Positions 39,158-48,231 of a DNA stretch of 48,231 bases are shown here, piece after piece (the stretch's first letter is position 1; every line of letters starts with the position of its first letter). This DNA is from Trichomonas gallinae (lineage: Eukaryota): contig MRSU01003185.1 in NCBI GenBank assembly GCA_008369845.1, positions 1-48,231 on the forward strand. The letters are read 5' to 3'. Position numbers and translations under genes: made by a program. Under the pieces are notes generated by a model, which worked only from the letters and a program-made list of their open reading frames with translations, was not told where the DNA came from and made no database searches.

Positions 39158-39532
39158 AATAAATATTGTTTGTAATTTCGTTATATTTAGCCCAAACATT
39201 CATCTTTTAGCTATATTAAATCCCATATCTATATATATTTGTTGTAGAAATGATTTTGGCCTAAATTTTTTTTGACCTTATAAAATCAATCATTCGCAGC
39301 CTTTAATTGATTCCAAATATTACAAAACCTGAGATCTGTGATGGAGAATAGAGTCAAGAATATTGATATATTAGAGTCAAAAGCAAAAAAAGATAATGAA
39401 ACTTTGATACACTTTTAAATCCGACTCAAACTAATATATAATAACATATACATCATTGAATATCTATAAAAGTGATCACTTTTAGGATATTATAATAATG
39501 TCTTTTTATTCAAACAAGTTTATTTTTTATTA

Positions 39533-40267
39533 TCAATTTGAGAGAACTGCTGAAGCATTGACAATGGCTATAGCTAATCCTAATACTAGCTGGGGAACTT
39601 TATTTACTTTTTGCTTGATTGTGAGTTCTCCTACTTTCATTGCTATGTAATAAACGAAAGCAAATAAAGCGTTCTTCGAAATTTGCCAGAAGGTTGTGAT
39701 GCTTGTTTTCCTTCCATTTATGAATTTTCTCATGCATAACTCAATGATATACTTTGACTCAAGTATTATAATACCATACATTATGCCAAAATGCGTGTTT
39801 CTATAAATAAATTTTCGATTTTTTGACCATTCAAGTATTCTAAGGAATAAACGCATTTCATTGAATCCTTGGAACATAGCGATGAAATAATAAAGAATAT
39901 GAATGAATTTGTAGAAAATTGGCGTGAAAAATATTAAAATTGCAACAACTAAGAATATCAGTATTTGGTACTTATTGTTTGCAATTGGAGATGGTTTGTG
40001 AAATATATTTGATGTGATCTCGCGTGGAGCAAAAGCCATAACAAAGCTTATTAAAATTCCAAAAGATAACTGAAAATATCTCTTGATTGCGCTTTCATTT
40101 CTATTACAATACATCATGGATCTCTTAACAACGTAACAACACCAAATGGCTTCGATTGTTGAAAATAATGGATACTGAGGAGCATTGTTTATCATTAGGA
40201 ACACTTCTTTAGTTCCTGAATTCTTAAGGGAGTCAATGAACTTCATTAAGCTGTCATAACTCGACAT
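39533..40267 (-). CDS. TRIC/TMEM38-like multi-pass membrane protein
   Basis: ISFVMAFAPREITSNIFHKPSPIANNKYQILIFLVVAILIFFTP resembles TMEM38 (SML.CFAG.IL...LLGEP......N...ILLA..VWYL.FF.P). ATG 40267. Confidence 0.5.
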   Translation of the reverse strand: MSSYDSLMKFIDSLKNSGTKEVFLMINNAPQYPLFSTIEAIWCCYVVKRSMMYCNRNESAIKRYFQLSFGILISFVMAFAPREITSNIFHKPSPIANNKYQILIFLVVAILIFFTPIFYKFIHILYYFIAMFQGFNEMRLFLRILEWSKNRKFIYRNTHFGIMYGIIILESKYIIELCMRKFINGRKTSITTFWQISKNALFAFVYYIAMKVGELTIKQKVNKVPQLVLGLAIAIVNASAVLSN

Positions 40268-40927
40268 CTTGAAAATTATGAATGCGACTAAGCAAACAAA
40301 ATTGTTTGCTTTCAAACATTATGCTAGAATAAACACATATCTTTGCCTATTATCGTGAAAACGCTTTAATTAGCAAATCAGTTGCTTGGTTTGTTGGATC
40401 CATCAAGAAACAGTTATACCATTCTCATCTAATGTTACCAAAATATTGAAATTAATGAATAGTTTTGTTTATTGTTATTAATATCTTTTGGATATTTTCA
40501 ATCTTTATTATGATCTATTGTATATCTTTGATAAGATGCTATACAAACATTACATCGTTATGCTTCAATTACAGTTTCCTATTGATGGTATTAATAAATC
40601 CAATAAAGTATTCTTTAATTTCATCAAGTGATATGTGAATATTCAATTATTAATCCTTTGATAAGTACATATATTTATAGTTGTATTGAATTTTACTAAA
40701 ATGTTCAATATCTCCAGCAAATATCATGAATTTCCCCAAGTAATTAAATAATTTGATAGAATATGAAAAATATAATGCAAATATAATAACTAACCATTGT
40801 GATTGTTTTGTCATTTTTAAAAATTCAAAAAAATTGGAATATAAAATGCCCTTATAGTAAAAATCCTATAGACGAAAAATGACGAAAATATAAAAAAATT
40901 ATTTTCGTAAACTTGTCAAGTTTTCAA

Positions 40928-41356
40928 ATGCCGAAGATAGAACCATTCTCTCTCCTCATTTACAGCACACGCACAACTGACTGCCTCTACCACAAGGAGT
41001 GGCAAGCACAGCAAGCTGACACTGCGACCCGCGAAGACAGAGAGAGACTTTTATTCGGTCTTCTCTTCTCACTTAGGCGCACAGCCCTTAAAATGTCACC
41101 ACAAAGCAAGCCAGGTATGTTTAGCAATTTTACAACAAGCGGATATAAACTTCACTTCTACCAGACAAGCACAGGATACATGTTCGTTTTATTGACACCA
41201 CCGAACGTTAAAGGCCTCAGACAGAGACTCATCAACTTCTACTCTCAAGTTTTCCTGACAAATGTTGTTATGAATCCACTCTACGAACTTGATACTCAGA
41301 TTAAGATCCCAGCTTTCGAAACTGAAGTCGAAAAATTCGATTTCATCTCCCAGTAA
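40928..41356 (+). CDS. TRAPPC1: TRAPP complex subunit Bet5/TRAPPC1 (sybindin-like longin)
   Basis: CLYHKEW, RLLFGLLFSLR, F.T..YKLHFYQT.TG..FVLLT.P, VVMNPL. ATG 40928. Confidence 0.9.
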   Translation: MPKIEPFSLLIYSTRTTDCLYHKEWQAQQADTATREDRERLLFGLLFSLRRTALKMSPQSKPGMFSNFTTSGYKLHFYQTSTGYMFVLLTPPNVKGLRQRLINFYSQVFLTNVVMNPLYELDTQIKIPAFETEVEKFDFISQ

Positions 41357-41760
41357 AATTTTAGATATTGTTTCCTGAAAATTAAAAACCTATAAGTATC
41401 GATAATTTTAATCTTACTATGGTTAAACATAATTTCGATTTATATTAACTAATCAGATAACTTTGCATTACATATAACGATCCTAGGAAAGAAAAATAGC
41501 AATTTTCGATTTAAAATTAAAATAAGTTTATAAGTAATGCAAAACAAACGATCTATACATAATACATTTAAATAACAAACAACAAGTTGCCAAATCATGA
41601 GAAAATAATTTGATAAATTATAAATAAAACAATAGTTGAACAATTGTATTTGGTTCTTGAGAAACGGCTGACCAGCAATAAACTAGACAAATTAAAAATG
41701 TGGATAAAAATACGATTTTGAAAATTGGTTTTCTTAAGTTAACTTTGTATGGATTCTTAT

Positions 41761-42177
41761 CTACACAAAGAATGATGGGAAATTAGATGATGGAATCACT
41801 TGAGTGAAAGGCATCAAAAGATTAATAACATCTTGATCTACAGTATCTTTAAGAGCAACTGCTGTGAGCATTTTCATGCCGACTTCTTTACCAAAACTCT
41901 TTGGATCCATGGAGCTTACAATAATTGGAATTTTCTTTTTAGAACAAAGGAAAAGAAGATGATCAATAAGTGATGGAGGGTTGATGCATGATGTAACAAC
42001 TATCATTTTGGCTTTGTTTTCGATTAATGCTTTGTTGGCCGAATTAATTCCGATTTCTACTTGTTTTTGCTGAATAAGCGTTTTAACCATAGACGCAATG
42101 GCTGCTGTTCCTTCCTGGTTCGCTACAGGATAAATGATTTTTTGATCTAAATTTAGAATCTTCTGTGTTTGAGACAT
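41761..42177 (-). CDS. L7Ae-family RNA-binding protein (Rpp38/Pop3-like or divergent Snu13/Nhp2)
   Basis: IGINSANKAL...KAKMIVV....NP..LIDHL..LC.KK.IP....FGK.VG. ATG 42177. Confidence 0.8.
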   Translation of the reverse strand: MSQTQKILNLDQKIIYPVANQEGTAAIASMVKTLIQQKQVEIGINSANKALIENKAKMIVVTSCINPPSLIDHLLFLCSKKKIPIIVSSMDPKSFGKEVGMKMLTAVALKDTVDQDVINLLMPFTQVIPSSNFPSFFV

Positions 42178-42300
42178 TTTTGACAAAAATTTTGTAAAGT
42201 GTCAAAAATCAATTTTGTAAATTGTCAAAAATTTTGTAAAGCGACAAAAATATTTTTCAAACCTTCGTGTAAAGTGACAAAAAGTCGAAATTTCCTAAGA
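42178..42300. promoter_or_regulatory. Compact bidirectional promoter made of repeated TTTTGTAAA(G/T)(T/C)G(A/T)CAAAAA units
   Basis: Four near-copies at about 42190, 42213, 42232 and 42268 between divergent ATGs 42177 and 42301; the last contains AAAGTGAC. Confidence 0.6.
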
Positions 42301-43662
42301 ATGCTTAGTGTCACAGATCCATTTGATGGAAATAAGATGAATGATGTTCAAATCGGTGGTGGTGATGAAGTATCACTAAGTGTAGAAGCACAGAGCTTTG
42401 GTGACAGTATATGCATATTCATCCTAGCTTTAATTTGCATATTTGGTGTAGCAATATCATCATTCTATTCTCCATTGTATTACAAATACGATCATCGCAC
42501 ACTTACATTGCTAGATAAACTCAATGGATCTTACAAATTCGAAATTTTCCCAATTCAACCTTTGGCAATATTATCCAATATAGATATGTCAGTATTACTC
42601 AATAAAGGCGATAAATATCCTGATATTTACTTAAATTATGAATATACTATTAAAAACGGACAACAAACTGTTTCTGCTAAAGGAAACACAAGCAAACTTA
42701 ATTTTGTAGAGCCAAAAGATACATCCGATAATATCACAATCCATGATCTTGCAAATATTCACGCTGATTCAATTTCTATCGAATTATCACCGACAAATGC
42801 CGATCAAATAAAGAATATCTATATGACATATGGATCTGTTAATCCAGTTGCTGTTGAATTTCACCTTGTTTCAAGATCAATTTTCTTCATATCAACTTTG
42901 ACGACTTTAGTTGTTTATGGAATCAAAGTTGCTATGCAAGATGGACAGAGAGTCTACGAAGAAATTATTACACTCGTCCTTATGTTCGTAACTCTTTTAC
43001 ATATTAATCCATTATTCTTCTTCGCCCTTAAATTCAATTCAGAGACTATTAACTTAATCGATTTAATATTGTGCTCATTTGCAATCGGATACGTGTTGTT
43101 CTTTATCATTTCCGTGACATTTGGCTATCAATCAATCGGATTAGTTCCAATTCTCATAGGTATCATCGGATCTGCCTTCTCGTTTGCAAACATGTATTTC
43201 TCAGACAACAATCTCGTTAAATATGTCTCTTTAATCTTCTACTGTCAGCTTGCTTTTGTTGTAATAATAGGAACAACATTCATGGCGAAAAATAACACGG
43301 GATCTATACAGCAGAAGTATTATATATATGCATGCATCAATGTTTTAACACTTGCAGGCATCATAGCATATATAATCACAACAATGATTAGAGCTGTCGC
43401 GATTACGTCAGTACCTTTTTGTCTGATTGTTGCTGTTTTGTTTTCGTTTAGCGTTATTATGACTTATTTCCACTGGCCATTCGAAGCTGACATAAACATG
43501 GAGTACTTAGAGCCTGGAGATAAGGATGCTGAGAATTTCCAGGCCGATTTCGATGATATGCCGATGGAAATCAAAATCGAATCAACAGATGACGAAGATC
43601 AACCGGTGAAAGATAATGCAAATATCAAAGATGAATATGTTAAACAAGAAGAGCAAGCGTAA
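42301..43662 (+). CDS. TMEM181/Wntless-like multi-pass membrane protein
   Basis: One N-terminal TM, lumenal beta domain, seven further TMs; EEIITLVL....LHINPLFF resembles TMEM181 EQ.W...L.....NDPFF; YFHWP before an acidic tail. Confidence 0.6.
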   Translation: MLSVTDPFDGNKMNDVQIGGGDEVSLSVEAQSFGDSICIFILALICIFGVAISSFYSPLYYKYDHRTLTLLDKLNGSYKFEIFPIQPLAILSNIDMSVLLNKGDKYPDIYLNYEYTIKNGQQTVSAKGNTSKLNFVEPKDTSDNITIHDLANIHADSISIELSPTNADQIKNIYMTYGSVNPVAVEFHLVSRSIFFISTLTTLVVYGIKVAMQDGQRVYEEIITLVLMFVTLLHINPLFFFALKFNSETINLIDLILCSFAIGYVLFFIISVTFGYQSIGLVPILIGIIGSAFSFANMYFSDNNLVKYVSLIFYCQLAFVVIIGTTFMAKNNTGSIQQKYYIYACINVLTLAGIIAYIITTMIRAVAITSVPFCLIVAVLFSFSVIMTYFHWPFEADINMEYLEPGDKDAENFQADFDDMPMEIKIESTDDEDQPVKDNANIKDEYVKQEEQA

Positions 43663-44177
43663 TCACATTTTCCAAATTAGCTGTAAATTAATAATTTTAT
43701 CAAACTATTTTTAACTAAATATGACATATTTCCACAAAATGGAGTTCTTACTTTCATTCTCGTTGATGAGTTTTTAATTTTCATTATTTTTCTTTTAATT
43801 CTCAAGTTTCCTTTCATTATTTTACATATAGATAATCATTGGTAATTTTAAGTGTTATTATGAATTCAAAATTACAGTATTCCATTGAATATATGATGAT
43901 ATTTCAATACTTTCTATCTTATCGATAAGATAGATTTTGATCAATAGTTTTATGCTTTATATCTTCAAAATAAGTATGTTTTTCTTTGAACAAAAACTAT
44001 CTAAGCAAAATTTAAATTTTCAAAATATAATTAATCTCAATATAACCAATTGAAGTTAAATATGTAGTCAATATGGAGACATGAAACAGATTTTAAAAGC
44101 CTATGATAGAAAATCCATTAATTTATTTTAAATGAAATTAAAACAATTATTACAAAAGCATGGTCGATCTGACTAAC

Positions 44178-45194
44178 TTACAGTTCCTTGTCCTGGAATT
44201 CTGATGCCTTCTTCCATTTGCCCATTCCATCTAGCACTCGATCTAGTGCTGGTTGTAGTTCTTCGATATTTTCAACATGTATATATGCATCTTTGCGAGG
44301 ATTGTATATCCAAACGCCTTTCTGAGATTTCATGAAAGAATGTGGAAGTTCGGCTTTTCCAACGAACCATTTGATCTTGTGCTGTGCATAAAGCTTTTGA
44401 ATAGCGACAAATTCGGGTGTTGCAGTAGACATAACAGCCAAAACGCAAGTAGTTTTGCCTCCATAACATTGATCTGCGAATTGCGAAGGTAATAAAACAG
44501 ACATCGGGTTAATAACGACATTTTCAAGCTTCTTAGCGAAGAATTTTTCTATTGCATCTTTAATTGCAGGGAAAGAAATTTTTCCATCATATTCATCATG
44601 ATGAGTACCATTAAAGAAGTGGATGGATGGAAATTCTGTAACACCAAGTTTCTCAGCAAGCTCATGATCACGGCAAACTCCGATTCTGATTGACTTTCCG
44701 TGGAAATATGTTGAAATGCTGCTCCAAATTGATTTAATTTTGACATCATCTGTGAAGAAAATCGCTGATGGTGACTGTAAGAATGAATCTATCCAAGATT
44801 CTTCAACATTTTGTGAAATATCTTGAATGTAGTTAATTGCTGTGTTCAAAAATCCTTTAGAGTCTCTTTTTCCGGTATACTCAACATCACCACCTGGGTG
44901 ATAAATGCGGAATGATGGTGTTTGCTTGATGTTATATTTTTCTCTGAAAGATGGGTATTTTCCGATATCAAGAACACCAAATTTGACTGCTCCATCCGCA
45001 TTTACACTCGCATTTATGAATTTTTCGGCTGGATTTTTACCCGCTGCATCATTGTTAAGGTAAAACATGACAATCCAGACTTGGTGCTTGGGTCTGTTGA
45101 CTACCTGCCTGTTGAACGTTTGTTCAGTGAGGAAAACGTGATGCATCACTCTGCCAACATTCGAAGATGAATGTAAAAAAAGCAAAGGTAGCAT
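44178..45194 (-). CDS. PDI-like thioredoxin-fold ER protein lacking CXXC
   Basis: Signal peptide MLPLLFLHSSS; VWIVMFY, VKFGVLD, KYNIKQTPSF, EYTGKRD; second Trx fold LGVTEFPSI; C-terminal DKEL. Confidence 0.8.
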   Translation of the reverse strand: MLPLLFLHSSSNVGRVMHHVFLTEQTFNRQVVNRPKHQVWIVMFYLNNDAAGKNPAEKFINASVNADGAVKFGVLDIGKYPSFREKYNIKQTPSFRIYHPGGDVEYTGKRDSKGFLNTAINYIQDISQNVEESWIDSFLQSPSAIFFTDDVKIKSIWSSISTYFHGKSIRIGVCRDHELAEKLGVTEFPSIHFFNGTHHDEYDGKISFPAIKDAIEKFFAKKLENVVINPMSVLLPSQFADQCYGGKTTCVLAVMSTATPEFVAIQKLYAQHKIKWFVGKAELPHSFMKSQKGVWIYNPRKDAYIHVENIEELQPALDRVLDGMGKWKKASEFQDKEL

Positions 45195-45864
45195 TATAAC
45201 GATAGGAATTATCTGGTCGGCCATTATATAATACCTTAAATTTTCTTTCCAAACGATTTATGTGATCACATAATATTCAAAATCACTCGAATTGTTGAGT
45301 TTCAAAAATAATCATTTTTTGACAAATAAATATATATTATGTTTTGTAAATTTACAAAATGGCAAAAATTAAAACTCATTTTTAATGAAAAGAGCTACAA
45401 TATAATGTAAAAATTAAAATAATAATGGCACTTTTTATAATCATTCAATTTTAAAACCACATTGAAAAAAATAATAACAACTACATCATTATTTATATTG
45501 ATATTTGAGTTTTTTCAAACAACAAAAAGTATCAATTCTTCAATTTTTTACATGTCAAATTTTCTTATATCAAAATGCTAATGATATTGAAATCAATTAA
45601 ACTCTATGAATCTCTTATAACTTCCTACAATTTTCACGTATACGATACTCATTGTAACACTGTACATAGAACTTTAATTCGGAAACACTCTGTTGAGACC
45701 ACCAATATTTTACTCCTTTATAAATTTTATGTCATGTAATATATTATTTGACATGTAAAGTAATATCAAAAGTGACAATATTCTTGTCAAAACAAAAAAG
45801 TCGTCGAGGGAGTAATTTCGAAATAGGATGGTTATTATCAATACATACAAAACAATTTTTTATT

Positions 45865-48105
45865 TCATTCCTGATTATTTTCTAGTCTAATATCGATTCG
45901 ATTATTTCTCTCTATCTGTGCTGCAATTTCTTCGTCTAGCCTAGCATTCAGCATCTTCGCCTTATTAATATCGCTTTCCAACTCGAGTTTTTGCACCTCC
46001 ATTCTCTTTATTTGCTCATTTCTCCTTTTTTCGTGACTATTCTTCTTAGCAATGGCCATGTTCAAGTTATTTATCTCTGTTGCCACATCTTTCACGTTAT
46101 TTGACGTTCTTGTATAGATTTCGGCAAGTTCTAATTGCCTTTTTTCTAATTTTTTAATTGATTTACCAAGTTTTGATACTTGAGAATCCAGTTTATCCAG
46201 TCTTTCTTGTGTAATCTTGTTAGATTGCTCCACAGATGACTTAGAAGTCTTCGCTTGTGTCTGGAAATCGTTTATCTGATTTTGCAATAATATTAATTCG
46301 CTTTGCTGACTTTCGGCGATTTTCGCAATCTTAGCCTGAATGTTTCGGATTTCTTTCTGCTTTGTTTCGAATTCTGTTTTAGTTTTTGATTCCATTTCTT
46401 CCTTTTTTTGCGCTAGATACTTTTTGAGTTGTATATTTATCTCATTATTGGACTGATTTTGCGATTCTATGCTGCCAATGTTCGAACAAACTTGATTTAT
46501 TGACATTTTGATTTGTTGAGCTTTTGCGTTTAAGAAATTGACGTCTACCTGATGTGGTTTGTTGTTTGAGTTGAATTCGTCGATTCTTTTCTTAGTCTTT
46601 ACGTTGTCTTGGTGAATTTCGATCATTTTATTCGTAATTTCACGGCAATTGTCATTAAATTTAAAGATTTCGGCTAGATATTCATCCCTTGACTTCTGTC
46701 CAGTTGTCTCTTTTAGTGTCTGATTTTTTTTGGTGCAATCTTGAATTTCAACCAATAAAAACTCTTTTTCTCTGATAAAATTGGAATTCTCAGCCTTTGC
46801 TTCGTTCAATCTTGTGTCTAGTTTATATAGCACACCTGAGTAATAATCTTTCGCGGATTTATCCATTTCTTCAACTTGAATATCGAGTTTTTGTTTAATA
46901 TTTTCAATTAATTTGTTTAAATTCTGTATTTCGTCCGCATATCCATCTCTTTCGACTCTATATCTGTGAATTTCTTCCAATGTTTTATCAGAAAGATCTG
47001 TTGCCTCTATTAATTTCTGAATAACTTCATCTTGCTTCAATCTGTTCTGTTTTATCACTTCTTGCGCTTGATCATAGGATTTTACAATCTCCTGATAGTT
47101 TTGATACTGCAAATTCACCTTTTCAAGTTGGCTTTTCACAGATCCAACAATTTTTTCTAAATCTTCAACTGCTGATTTCAAATGCACATTGAAATTGGCA
47201 AGTTGTGGACTTAGTTTCTTTATTTCTATAATAGCACGCTCGCAATTATTCATTTCGCGTTTAATTTCTGAAATTTCGGCTGTTTTTTCATTTAATTCGA
47301 CAACTTGCTTCTTTTTCTGCTCCTGGAGTTCTTCAATCGATTTTTCGCAGTCATCTCTGACTTGGGTCATTTCTTCCACTTCTTTTTGTTGAATTGATAA
47401 AATTCGATTAAATCTTGCGATTTCTGCTTCATAATAGTTCTGAAGATTCTGGTCGATGAGTTCCTCCTTTTCCAAGTCTTCATCTGTTTCTTCGACAGGA
47501 GGCGGCGAAGATGTGACTTTATATTGTAATTGATTAATTTCATCAACGAGTTGATTAATTTGCTGCCTTGCAGCTAATGCTGACTCTTCAGCTTCCTTCA
47601 TTTTACTGCGCATTGCTGATTTTTGCTTAGTTTTTGGATCATTTTCATCTCGATATGGTTCTGAGGTAGTATCTGATTCTAAATTAATTGGTTTCGGCCT
47701 TTTATTTCGTTCTTTCTTATGTTTAAGCTGAATATGCGACATTTCAATTTGATCATCAATATATAAGAGAAGTTGCTTAATATCTGATATATTATCGATG
47801 AATTCTTGTAGTACTTTATCAATTGCCTCGAAATCTGGTTCTTTTTTGTCTGCATCGTCAAATGCTGATTCGAATTCTGATTCTGGCGGGGATTTTTTGT
47901 AACATTTAAACGAATTTAGCATTTTTATTGCATCATCGACAATAGTAAGTTTGTATTCTATTTCCTCTTCCAGTTGTTGCAGAGATGTAATAAAAGTTGA
48001 AAGGCTTTCTATTGAGTTTTGCGAGCTAAAGTTGTTCATATTCTCTCCCTCAGAGTTGTATATATCTTGTTCGTGGATGGAAAGCTCGCTAGACCCATTT
48101 TCCAT
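45865..48105 (-). CDS. Hypothetical long coiled-coil protein
   Basis: 746-aa ORF dominated by E/K/Q/I/L heptads. Confidence 0.85.
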   Translation of the reverse strand: MENGSSELSIHEQDIYNSEGENMNNFSSQNSIESLSTFITSLQQLEEEIEYKLTIVDDAIKMLNSFKCYKKSPPESEFESAFDDADKKEPDFEAIDKVLQEFIDNISDIKQLLLYIDDQIEMSHIQLKHKKERNKRPKPINLESDTTSEPYRDENDPKTKQKSAMRSKMKEAEESALAARQQINQLVDEINQLQYKVTSSPPPVEETDEDLEKEELIDQNLQNYYEAEIARFNRILSIQQKEVEEMTQVRDDCEKSIEELQEQKKKQVVELNEKTAEISEIKREMNNCERAIIEIKKLSPQLANFNVHLKSAVEDLEKIVGSVKSQLEKVNLQYQNYQEIVKSYDQAQEVIKQNRLKQDEVIQKLIEATDLSDKTLEEIHRYRVERDGYADEIQNLNKLIENIKQKLDIQVEEMDKSAKDYYSGVLYKLDTRLNEAKAENSNFIREKEFLLVEIQDCTKKNQTLKETTGQKSRDEYLAEIFKFNDNCREITNKMIEIHQDNVKTKKRIDEFNSNNKPHQVDVNFLNAKAQQIKMSINQVCSNIGSIESQNQSNNEINIQLKKYLAQKKEEMESKTKTEFETKQKEIRNIQAKIAKIAESQQSELILLQNQINDFQTQAKTSKSSVEQSNKITQERLDKLDSQVSKLGKSIKKLEKRQLELAEIYTRTSNNVKDVATEINNLNMAIAKKNSHEKRRNEQIKRMEVQKLELESDINKAKMLNARLDEEIAAQIERNNRIDIRLENNQE

Positions 48106-48145
48106 CTTTTTTTACAAAATTTTCAAGACGTTTATTTTTTTTTTG

Positions 48146-48231
48146 ATCTTGAAGGAAGAAAAGATCGCTTTCGTTTCTCTTTCACCTGTTCAGCGCGAGC
48201 TCATCCGCCTTATCCAGCTCCACGGCATGTG
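48146..48231 (+). pseudogene. Possible SNF2-family helicase internal fragment running off the window
   Basis: GC-richer coding-like sequence ILKEEKIAFVSLSPVQRELIRLIQLHGM resembles the SNF2 K.E.I..V.LS..Q motif; begins right after a T-run with no nearby credible ATG. Confidence 0.4.

Overview
AT-rich, gene-dense, apparently intron-free eukaryotic DNA typical of a trichomonad (Trichomonas-like parabasalid). Supporting signs are TCA(C/T)T initiator and AAAGTGAC motifs just upstream of ATGs, CCTTT before a ribosomal-protein gene, TAAA poly(A) signals overlapping stop codons, and expanded Rab, ankyrin and kinase families. The species cannot be fixed from sequence alone. About 27 protein genes are supported: partial histone H4, cactin, two Rabs, a highly divergent dynein heavy chain, eL43, an eL38-like protein, ANKRD13, Vps55, TRAPPC1/Bet5, an L7Ae protein, TRIC-like, TMEM181-like and GPR107-like membrane proteins, a class-3 lipase, a PDI-like protein, a pseudokinase and several hypotheticals. 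Many ORF-track starts are non-ATG over-extensions and are corrected here. The most notable observations are: (1) a small, probably secreted polyprotein with four C-x5-WL-x2-HPECW units, each in register with a putative processing site; (2) an intact 3556-aa dynein heavy chain with degenerate catalytic P-loops; (3) a recurrent, gene-oriented TG(A/T)CATGTAAA upstream motif; (4) a triplicated GGCC palindrome array with constant 32-bp spacing; and (5) many decayed gene and tRNA-like relics in spacers. All family calls rest on motif recognition by eye, not database searches.
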